A stretch of DNA of 18,619 nt from Octopus sinensis (lineage: Eukaryota), in NCBI RefSeq assembly GCF_006345805.1, contig NW_021824477.1, positions 1 to 18,619 of the forward strand. Direction: 5' to 3'. Of the stretch, positions 9,393-18,619 are shown piece after piece (position 1 is the stretch's first letter; each line of letters starts with the position of its first letter). The position numbers and the translations under genes were made by a program. The notes under the pieces are model-generated. The model saw only the letters and a program-made list of their open reading frames with translations. It was not told where the DNA came from and ran no database searches.

Positions 9393-9792
9393 TTCTTTTA
9401 TTTGTTTCAGTCATTTCACGCGGTCATGCTGGTACACCGCCTTTAGTCGAGCAAATCGACCCCAGGACTTATTCTTTGTAAGCCTAATACCTATTCTATC
9501 GGTCTCTTTTGCCGAACTGCTAAGTTACGGAGACGTAAACACACCAGCACCGGTTGTAAAGCGATAGTGGTGGTGGTGGTGGTGGGGCAAATACGGACAC
9601 ACAAACACGCACGCACACACACATATATAAGACGAGCTTCTTTCAATTTCCATCTACCAAATCCACTCACAAGGGTTTGGTCGGCCCGAGGCTATAGTAG
9701 AAGACACTCGCTCAAGGTGCCACACAGTAGGACTGAACCCGGAACCATGTGATTGGTTAGCAAGCTACTTACCACCCAGCCACTTCTGCGCC
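9393..9792 (-). mobile_element. tRNA-derived SINE, family A, near full length
   Basis: Minus strand GGCGCAGAAGTGGCTGGGTGGTAAG..GGTTCCGGGTTCAGTCC..GGCACCTTGAGCGAGTGTCTTCTACTATAGCCTCGGGC; homologous to 8088-8523. Confidence 0.9.
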
Positions 9793-9868
9793 TATATATA
9801 TTTATGTAATATAAACATCGCACACATCTCTCAAAGTAGATTTCGAACAACGTTATGTCACACATACA

Positions 9869-9893
9869 GACACACACACACACACACACACAC

Positions 9894-9924
<31 letters not shown>
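9869..9924. repeat. (CA)n microsatellite
   Basis: Direct reading. Confidence 0.95.
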
Positions 9925-9927
<3 letters not shown>

Positions 9928-10455
9928 GGCATACAACCAAAAATCACAAACAAATATTAATATCAAGTTTAAAATATATCAATACACCTCGGTGGTAGCG
10001 CTGTGCTTCGATTCTCAACTCACTTTCATAAAGCATTCTCTCAAGTACATTTTACTTTCTTCTAATTCATAATCGATGAAGTAACTAAGTGTTATTAAAC
10101 CGATACTTGTTCAGGAATTCTATTTTACTCCAATACTTAATGACTAATTTGTTGTATAAGATGTGTTCTATTGGTTTAAAAACGTGTTAGTCCGTATATT
10201 TCTTTCATAGATCTTCACGTAATACGTTCTGTTTGCTTCATTTTCAGAAACGGTGTGAGAATAAAATTGAGGTATTTTGTCAGACATCTAAACATAACCA
10301 ACGTGCATTTGTGCCTTTTCCCTGTATATTTTCACACCTTTTATCATTAATCATTAAATTATTTCAATCATGGCACTACAGTCACCCTGGTGCACAACTT
10401 AGTCAAAAAAATCAACCCCAGAATCTTTTCTGAATTTTTTTTTTATATTATATCC

Positions 10456-10684
10456 TGTACTCCACAGACACGCGTAACCATAAAATAGTTGTCAGGGAGA
10501 TTCAGTGTGACACAGAATGTAACACAGCTGGCCCTTTGACATACGGGTACAGCTCAGTTTTGCCTGCTGAGTGGACCGGAGTAACGTGAACTAAGATGTC
10601 CTGCTTAAGGGGACAATGCGCCGTCGGAATCGAACACGTGACTCTATCATCATGAGTTGAACGCCCTAACCACTTAGCCGCCAT
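10456..10684 (-). mobile_element. tRNA-derived SINE, family B, 3'-truncated
   Basis: Minus strand A-box GGCTAAGTGGTTAG, B-box GTTCGATTCC; body aligns with 12286-12612 (TCCACTC, AAGGGCCAG, GAATCTCCCTGACAACTA). Confidence 0.85.
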
Positions 10685-11241
10685 GATAAAAAAATCACAG
10701 AATTTTACATGCTTCACTGATATTCTCCATCTTTCCAAAAACAAACAGGCTGAACTCCTGAGTAGCATTAACAGCAGTGTCTAAATAAAATCAGCAACGA
10801 CTAAACCTAGTGATAAATCTGATGACCAACTGACCCCCTCACTTATCTAGATTCTTTTGTGAAGCCCTGAAATACAAACAATGACCTAATTTGACACGTT
10901 GACGTGTTCTAAATGCATGATTGAATTCTGTACGATAAAACAACTCCACATTTAATCAATAAACTCTTCCATTACAACCTGTCCAACAACTTAATTCTCA
11001 TTCAACAGAGAGCGCTCTACCTGTCCCAGAAAATTTTAACTTTACATATTCTGTTATAAAGGCAAGGTGAAGTTGAATGTATCACACACCGGAGATGACT
11101 TAACAGACTGAAGTTTCGAAGTCACTATCAACTCTTTTCTCGATAAACAATAATGAATACGTACTTGACGTAAAATTACTGGGCAACCATTCAGTCTCAT
11201 GCAAAATTGTTTTATTGTAACTTAACATAAGATACAAATGT

Positions 11242-11244
<3 letters not shown>

Positions 11245-11307
<63 letters not shown>
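11245..11307. repeat. (TA)n microsatellite
   Basis: Direct reading. Confidence 0.97.
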
Positions 11308-11308
<1 letters not shown>

Positions 11309-11651
11309 CTTACTTGGAAAGGATGCGTCACGTTCAAGTAAATAATAATAATAAATGATATATATATGCATATACGGATATAGGACGTTACCATCTGTGC
11401 AAACAACATGAAATACGTTAAAAAAACTAGTTAAATATGTAAACAATGAGAGAGAAAAAAGGAAAATATGACAAATAAACACAGAGAAAGGACCCGTCAT
11501 CAGTTGTCGGCTGTCTATCTACTCCTCATTTCGAACATTCAACGACAATATGAGTCTTCAAAGACAGTTGCTCCCATAAATTCTAAAATAAAATTTAGGA
11601 TTTATGGAGGGTCAAAGCTGGGAACAAAAACAGGACAGTGGAGACATACAT

Positions 11652-11933
11652 GGAAACCGAACGAAAGCAAACATGCAGGGTCGTTAGACCAGAAGGAGAG
11701 GAAAATAATGGACACTGGGAGAAATATTTTCTTTGAAAAGAGAAAAGATAGAAGAGAGAGAATAAAACGTCCAGTCTTTTGAACATCCGTGGAGGAAAAG
11801 AAAGATGGTCACGCGAGGAAAAGAAAGGTGGACAATGGTCACATGTGAGCAAAGAAAATATTTCTCCAAGCGTTCACTATTTTTCTCTCGTTCTGATCTA
11901 ACGACCCTCTATGCTTGTTTTCGTTCGGTTTCC
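11652..11933. repeat. 84-bp inverted repeat pair around a 114-bp purine-rich spacer (MITE-like or foldback)
   Basis: 11652-11735 vs the reverse complement of 11850-11933: 73/84 identical and ungapped (GGAAACCGAACGAAA...GGAGAAATATTTTCTTTG). Confidence 0.92.
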
Positions 11934-12285
11934 TTGTTAGCAACTTTACATTTCGAAGTTATGTACCCTTCTTTCCTTGACAAGAACTGTCATTAAAGTT
12001 CGTTATTTTTCCCCTCATTTTATCATTTTAGTTGATTACGTTACTTTAGGCTCACCATATCACTTACTTCAATATAGCAGCCGTATATAATCAATCTCAC
12101 TTCAGCTCATCGAGCAAGGACCCATGGCTGCTAATTGTTTTAGTCGCTGTCATAAAGATAGAATTAAACAAAGTTTAAACAAGATTATCATTAGTTTTTT
12201 TTTTTCGTTTAATTTGTCTTCATTTTTATAAAACCAAATCCTCTTCCGGTTACTTCCTATGCTGTGCTGTCAATAATTAGAACTT

Positions 12286-12612
12286 GGTGAATACACATGG
12301 CTTAATGGTTAGAGTATTCGGTTTGCTATCGTAAGGTTGTGAGTTTGATACCCAGCCGCGCTTGTTGCTCTTAAGCAACACACTTTATTTCACGTTCCTC
12401 CAGTCCACTCGGCGGACAAAAATGAGTCGCACCTGCATTTCAAGGGGCCAGTCTTGTCACATTCTATATCCCGCAGAATCTCCCTGACAACTACGTTAAG
12501 GTTACGCATGTCTGCGAAGTACTCAATCACTTGCACGTTCATTTCACAACATGGCTTTTCTGTTGATCCGATCAAGTGAAACGCTTTTTATCGCAGCTGA
12601 CGGAATCCCAGT
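12286..12612 (+). mobile_element. tRNA-derived SINE, family B
   Basis: A-box TGGCTTAATGG, degenerate B-box GTTTGATACC, CORE-like CTTAAGCAACACACTT; homologous to 10456-10684. Confidence 0.85.
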
Positions 12613-13044
12613 TTTCAACTTGGAATATAAAGCCAAGAGTTTCGTTCCGAAACAACGTCCTACGTTTTAGCACTTATTCCTCATTCGTCACAATATTAGC
12701 AGTTTTTTCTTTTCGTTCTTACTGCTGTACTGCATTGTTGAGTTATATTATATGACAATGAATGGTAATCCTCCTTCTCTCTTAGGAATTGCTTTCATCT
12801 AAGCGCGACTAAATATTTTGGTCTGTTGCTATGTCTGTTCTTCCAAAATTTCCCAAGAGCAGCTGACTTAATATTGTTCTTTTCTATTGTTTTTTTTTTT
12901 CGTTATTATTTGTTGTTTCTTTCTTATAAAATTTAGAAATATTTATTCCCAGGTAGAAACGCGACTTAGATTAACTAATTCAGCAGAAAAAGAACGTGTT
13001 CGACGGTTATGTAAATCACAGAATATTTACGGACCCAGACACAG

Positions 13045-13205
13045 TCGCACGCACACACACACACCACACACACACACACACACACACGCACACACACGCA
13101 CACACACGCACACACACACACATACGCACGTATCCACATACACAAAGGGAAAGAGATCAAGAGAGACAGACAGACAGACGGACAGGCAGACAGAGACAGA
13201 GACAT
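13045..13205. repeat. (CA)n followed by (GACA)n/(GA)n microsatellites
   Basis: Direct reading. Confidence 0.9.
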
Positions 13206-13318
13206 ACGGATACATTCACATCATTTATCAATTTTCTCAAAGATTCCTTTTTATGAAAGAACACTTTAGATTTCAGATGCGATTACGATGTAACTTAGTG
13301 TATTTACTGTTAACGTTT

Positions 13319-13369
13319 AATATATATATATATTATAATATATATATATATATATAATATATATATATC

Positions 13370-13429
<60 letters not shown>

Positions 13430-13458
13430 ATTATATAATATATATATATATATATATA
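13319..13458. repeat. Long interrupted (TA)n microsatellite
   Basis: Direct reading. Confidence 0.97.
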
Positions 13459-13831
13459 ACTCGTGTTGCCTTCACTCTATACATTATTAGGTGACGATAA
13501 AGTGTTAATTGCGCAAAGCTGTATATAACGATGAGAAACTGAACGTGAGCCACTCACCTGATGACATGCCGGTACACAGCTGTTCCTGGATCCTATATAT
13601 TTATGTAATTAAGTATTGTAATAATTTATGTAATAGTATGATATGCAAAACTCAACAACTAACAGCCGTTACCACTCTACTGAAACACTTGATGTGTTTA
13701 TTCTGCATACCCTAACAGAGTTCCACATGTGTATCAAGTGAAAGGAATAACCCTGCCGTATGGTGGCGTATGGTAGCCAATAACTGTTTAGGAGCTTTAA
13801 ATGCACGTTATACTATTATTAACTACATAAT

Positions 13832-13863
<32 letters not shown>

Positions 13864-14001
13864 TAATTATATAAGGGTGAATAATGTGAGTTACATGTAT
13901 ATGTTATATGTGGAGTTATATTTGTAGAAAATAGAAATAAGCGGTCTTTGACTGCTATTTCTAATTTTTCGGTATGTGGCTAAGCAACCTGTTGCTTGCC
14001 C

Positions 14002-14032
<31 letters not shown>

Positions 14033-14035
<3 letters not shown>

Positions 14036-14350
14036 GTGGGAGCTGCCCCCTCGTTATCGAGTATGGCCATTGCACGTAGCTTAATCAATGTTGTTATCGT
14101 GCAATGCCTGTGCAAGAAGATTTTTTTAAAGTGAGGAAAGGCTGCGCACTGAGTCAATTCCACTCACTAAGCAACAGCAGCCATAATCCGAAAAAGAAGA
14201 ACAAGTCAACATCATCGGTAACCACTAAGCCGCAGGTTTATGCCGGAGTTATCCCAGTTACCTGAGTCACCTTCTCCTAGAAGGATGCCCTAACAAAGGC
14301 TAGGAGTCCTTCACTCCCAATGGTTTAACCGCGCGATCGGGTATTCAGTC
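14033..14350. mobile_element. GC-richer, hairpin-rich interspersed repeat fragment between TA-rich tracts (family unassigned)
   Basis: Composition shift from the flanks; hairpins at 14065-14108, 14270-14284 and 14303-14317. Resembles retroposon UTR sequence from memory only. Confidence 0.35.
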
Positions 14351-15076
14351 CGATTATTTCTATATACATATACATACATGCACACACACAATATATATGT
14401 GTATACAGATAGAGAGACACATACACACATACACACACACATATGTATACGTATACAGATAGATAGAGAGAGAAGAGAGAGAGAAGAGAGAGAGAGAAAG
14501 CGAGAGAAACACAATGATATATGCATATACAAACATATCTAAATGCCAAAGTGAATGGCAAGTTAATAATAGTAAAGTATTGAAGCAGCACTTGGTAATG
14601 TTTGTAAGATTTAAATGTAATAAGAAGATGGTGTTTTTATTGTTGTTTTAGTTGCTCTTTGTTACTGTCAAGAGAATACTTCGTTTGATATGACGTTCGT
14701 TATTGCACTGAAGGTAAAAACTGGTTAATGCTGTAGAAATATGCTTTCAGAAGAAGAAAATAAATGACAGCTCTATGGAGGTTTGGGTTGTTTGATGAAG
14801 TAGAGTTTGTTGTTTGGGAAAGTTCAAGGTATTCCGGCTTGATGGAAGAAGGAATCTCGGAGGAAAAGCTGACAGAGGTGGGAAAGGAAAAAAGGAAAGA
14901 AGTAATGGTAGAATGATGGAAGGAATGAATATGAATGGCGTATGGGGGGGGGGGAGCGAAGGAGGAAGGAGGGAAAGAAGGAAGGAAGGAAGAAAGGAAG
15001 GAGAAAATCGACTGGAATAAACATAACTAAGAAGATAAGAAAATGTCAATAGCAAATATCTATCTTTATACACGCT

Positions 15077-15079
15077 TGT

Positions 15080-15133
<54 letters not shown>
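15077..15133. repeat. (GT)n microsatellite
   Basis: Direct reading. Confidence 0.97.
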
Positions 15134-15134
<1 letters not shown>

Positions 15135-15171
15135 TAAGTATTCACAGTCGTAGATACACCCACATAGGCAA

Positions 15172-15222
15172 GTAAATAGGTAGATAGATAGGTAGATAGA
15201 AAGAGTGATAGGTAGATAGATA
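15172..15222. repeat. Degenerate (GATA)n tract at the 3' end of LINE copy 1
   Basis: TAAATAGGTAGATAGATAGGTAGATAGAAAGAGTGATAGGTAGATAGATA. Confidence 0.8.
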
Positions 15223-17194
15223 TGTTTCTTTATTAGCCACACAGGGCTGCACACAGATAGAACAAATTACAAGGTAGAGCTTTTCTTTTGAAGGTTTAAA
15301 AAAAAAAAGGAAAGGGGGGAGTTTCGATCAAAAGGGATCGTAAAAGGAGAGAAAGAGGACAAAAAGAGGGGGTTAAAAAAAGGGGGAGAGGAAAAAAAAT
15401 TGATCAATAGGATCGTTATCACAGAAATGTCAATATGAAGTGTGAAGGGGAGGACAGGTGAGGTTTACCGTGGAGAGAAAAGCCTACGGAAAAGACCACG
15501 GTAACCTCGGTCAATGAAGTCACATTTTATATTTCTTTTTTTTTTTTTTTTTTTTTTTGCAAATAAGCAAATCTCTGTTTTCAATTTCTGGGTTCATAGG
15601 ATTATGCTCAAGGTGGCTTCGTCATTCATACGTGCCATTCTTGCTACATTCACCCATCTTTTTTTAAAACATTCGCTAGACAAAACTGCCTCTACTCTCA
15701 CTTTCCTCTTCAAGTGGTACTTGAAGAAGTTGATGAGAGATTGACCAGAGAGGAAAGTGTTTGTCTCCAATCTTTTCAGACGCGTCCACCAGATACGTTC
15801 TTTCGCCATAGCCACAAGGATGATGAAAATCGCTCTTCCTTCCCGTTTGAAGGAAGGAGGCGTGACAATATTGACGATAGACTCAGCTGATAAACCGACT
15901 CGTCCCACACGTGACAGCAGCTGTTCGACATAAGCCCACAGGTCGGAAATTGTTGGACACTGAACGAGTGCGTGCAGAACTGTTTCGTCGCTCTAACCGC
16001 ATCTCGGGCAGGTCGGCCCCGTGTTTCTCGAGCCGTGTCTGTAGAGCTTATCCCGAACGGGTAGCGCTTCTCGGTAGCACTGCCAGGCCAGGGATCTCTG
16101 GAAGTTGTCCATGGGCCCTGGCCCGAAAGTCGTCCTGAACAGGCGGGTCAGGTACTCCTCGTCGACGTCCAGGTTCGCCCCGAGCTCGTCGTCGTACCTC
16201 CCCTCCACTAAACCCCTATAGAACTTTGGTTGTGTTGAAGTCACTTAAGGTCGACCCAGGACGGCAGAGTTGCTTGAGAGAACGCGACACTCGCGGTGCA
16301 TTCGCCCTTCCTCGGCCTCTTTTTGATCCACGACTGCAGTTCGGTCATGGAGACGAGCTGCGGGAAAGCGTGCCTCACAAACGGCGACCACACCTGTTCA
16401 CCGTCGTCTACATAGAGCCAGAGATGTCGCAGTCTCAGCGGTTTCTGCGCATCATCAACCACGGAATGCCCAGCCCTCCTTTAACGGGTGTTGACAGCAA
16501 ATGGATCGGCCTGACCATCGGGCGCATCCTTTCCACAAGAGCGAAAGAGATGCGTTGTAGTTTGGTGATGGTAGGGTCGGGACAAGGTACGACGGTCAGG
16601 CGGTAGTAGATGACGGACGCGATGTACGTGTTCGCCACCTCCGCTCGACCTTTTAGGGACAGTTTCCTCTCGGCCCATTGCCGGGCAAAGAGTGACCACC
16701 CTATCGTTATCTCGTTCCAGTTCTTCTCCACTTGGAGGTCAGAGACAAACCGACCCCAAGCAACTCAACCGGGCCGTCGGTCCAGCGTCCCACGACGGAG
16801 GCGCTGGTGGACGGCATGGGCTTGCGTCTCCAGGTGCCTAGTCGCAAGCCCACTGACTTTCCCGGTTGATTTTCGCTCTGTCACCGCTTCGTAGTTTTTC
16901 AGTGTCTCGCCGACCAGCTCGATGTGCTCGTGGCTAGACACTATGACGGTGACGTCGTCCGCGTATGCAGACACGCTCGTCCCGCATCCCAATTCTCGCG
17001 GGATGCCCCTTAGAGTCGCCAGCTTCCGCAGTAGTGGCTCAAGAGTCATACGTATTAGAAGCGCCGAGAGGGGTCATCCTGACGGAACGAACGTGCAATG
17101 TCGAAAGGTCTCGATAGATGTCCATTACGCGAATTACCGAACGGATGCCTCTGTACAAGGCAGCTATCCAGCCGCGGAAGACGGGACCGAAACC
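15223..17194 (-). mobile_element. 5'-truncated Tx1/L1-clade non-LTR retrotransposon, copy 1
   Basis: RT, C-terminal domain, about 360-bp 3' UTR, AATAAA (TTTATT at 15229-15234) and then (CTAT)n. Truncated within the RT at GFGPVFRGWI. Confidence 0.88.
15594..17194 (-). pseudogene. LINE ORF2 remnant: reverse transcriptase plus CCHC zinc-binding region, frameshifted
   Basis: GFGPVFRGWIAALY / NGHLSRPFDIARSFRQ (decayed QGCPLS region) / TLEPLLRKL..SAYADDVTVIV (YADD at 16954-16965) / EKNWNEI..WAERKLSLKGRAEVANTYIASVIYYRL / WQCYREALPVRDKLYRHG..CPRC (15998-16010). Confidence 0.92.
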
Positions 17195-17304
<110 letters not shown>

Positions 17305-18619
17305 ACTTTCTTTTATTAGCCACACGGCTGAATACAGAGGGGACAAATACAAATGCAGATCTTTTCTTTTCGAGGGTGGAAAAAAAAAAAAAAAAAATGT
17401 AGATTGCGATCAAAAGGATCGAAAGGAGGAAAAAAAAAGGAAAAAAAGGAAAATCGTGTATCACAGAAATAATGGTGTAAACATTGATATAACAGATTGG
17501 GTACATCCGTGGGAAGAAAAGCCTACAGAAAAGACCACGGGAACCCCAGTCAGGGAGGAATAAACACATGAGGTCAAAAATGCTCTCTTTCTTTCTTTTT
17601 ACGATCTACAGAATCATGCTCAAAATGGTTTCGTTACTAGCACGCACCATCTTTGCAACATTCACCCATCTTTTTTTGAATCTTTCGCGATACAAAACTT
17701 CCTTCTCCATTCTCACCTTCCTTTTCAAGTGGTACTTGAAAAAGTTGATGAGCGATTGGCCAGAGAGGTAAGTGTTTGTCTCTAATCCTTTCGCTCGAGT
17801 CCACCACACACATTCTTTCACCATGGCCTCCAGTACGATGAAACTGCCTTGCCTTCCCGGTTGAGGGAAGGGGCGGAGCAATCCTCACGATAGACTCGCC
17901 GATAGGCGGATTCGGCCCACACGTGACAGCAGCCGTTCGGCATAAGCCCACAGGTCGGAAATGGGTTGGACATGGCACCATCCAGTGCGTGCAGAACGGT
18001 TCGTCGCTCTGACCGCATCTCGGGCAAGTCGGTCAGTGTGTCTGGAACCTGTCTGTAGAGCTTATCCCGAACAGGTAATGCTTCTCGATAGCACTGCCAG
18101 GCCAGGGATCTTTGGTGATTGTTCATAGGTCCCGGCCCGAAAGTTGTCCTGAACAGGCGGGTCAGGTGTTCCTCGTCGACGCCCAGACTCTGCCCGAGTT
18201 CGTCGTCGCCACCTCCCCTCCACTAATCCTCTATAGAATGCCTTTGTTGTGATGGAGTCGCACAAGTTCGATCCCGGACGGCAGAGTTGCTTGAGAGCAA
18301 CGCGACACTCGCGGTGCCATTCGCCAGCCTCGGTCTCTGCTTGATCCATGACTGTAGTTCGTCCAAGGAGACGAGCTGCGGGGAAGCGCGCCGCCGCACA
18401 AAAGGCGGACCACCCTGTTCACCGTTGTCTATGAAGCGCCGGAGATGTCGCAGTCTCAGCGCATGTCTGCGACATCAACCACGGCATGCCCAGCCCTCCA
18501 TTTAGCGGGTGTTGGCAGCAAATGGATCGCCTAACCATCGGAACGTTTCCCTTCCACAAGAAGCGGAAGAGTATGCGTTCCAGTTTGGTGATGGTAGGGT
18601 CGGGACAAGGTACGACGGT
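17305..18619 (-). mobile_element. Tx1/L1-clade non-LTR retrotransposon, copy 2 (diverged subfamily, runs off the window)
   Basis: Colinear with copy 1 from the poly(A) signal (TTTATT 17312-17317, followed by AGCCACAC as in copy 1) to the window end, which matches 16561-16597. Clearly diverged, especially in the 3' UTR. Confidence 0.88.
17606..18619 (-). pseudogene. LINE ORF2 C-terminal remnant, frameshifted
   Basis: GEWHRECRVALKQL..TKAFYRGLVEG / HQRSLAWQCYREALPVRDKLYR / MVKECVWWTR.KGLETNTYLSGQSLINFFKYHLKRKVR.E..RERFKKRWVNVAKMVR..NETILSMIL*. Confidence 0.9.

Noticed and set aside
11468-11782. 104-aa ORF
   Set aside because: Overlaps the inverted repeat and purine-rich repeat sequence; no recognisable motif.
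12592-12664. Hammerhead-like CGCAG-CTGACG-GAA...TTCC-GAAACAACGTC-CTACG
   Set aside because: A9 is missing and the 5' half falls at the expected 3' end of SINE family B, so a chance match is more parsimonious. Worth revisiting only if other SINE copies carry the same downstream GAAAC..GTC segment.
10248-12952. Possible micro-exons at 10248-10271 and 12937-12952 (pyrimidine tract-AG ... GT)
   Set aside because: Weak donors and too short to validate; such patterns arise often by chance in AT-rich DNA. Only spliced reads could support them.
13535-13564. Type II hammerhead-like GAAAC..GTGAG CCA CTCAC-CTGATGA
   Set aside because: No U16.1, helix III or stem II pairing; only the stem I hairpin fits.
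15534-15558. Poly(T) run as the poly(A) tail of LINE copy 1
   Set aside because: Homology with copy 2 continues about 300 bp beyond it to a shared AATAAA and (CTAT)n, so it is an expanded internal UTR run.

Overview
AT-rich, microsatellite-dense eukaryotic non-coding DNA (intron or intergenic). The SINE families and repeat load look like a coleoid cephalopod, most likely Octopus; this is recognition from memory, not a search result. No intact host gene could be supported, and nearly all ORF-track entries are microsatellite or antisense artefacts. Identifiable content: (1) a degraded CMC/Chapaev3-like DNA transposon (about 1024-1945); (2) seven tRNA-SINE copies or fragments; (3) two diverged, decayed Tx1/L1-type LINE ORF2 copies on the minus strand (15223-17194 and 17305 to window end), arranged head-to-tail and bounded by (GATA)n, which suggests GATA-microsatellite targeting; (4) two long inverted-repeat structures; (5) the most interesting signal, a cluster of at least five minimal type I hammerhead-ribozyme-like motifs between 2.8 and 7.9 kb. 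These motifs sit in short repeats next to (TA)n tracts and carry different core variants, including a possible G3:C8-swapped core. They resemble Penelope-like element or retrozyme-type units. All RNA folds were done by eye and need computational and biochemical confirmation.
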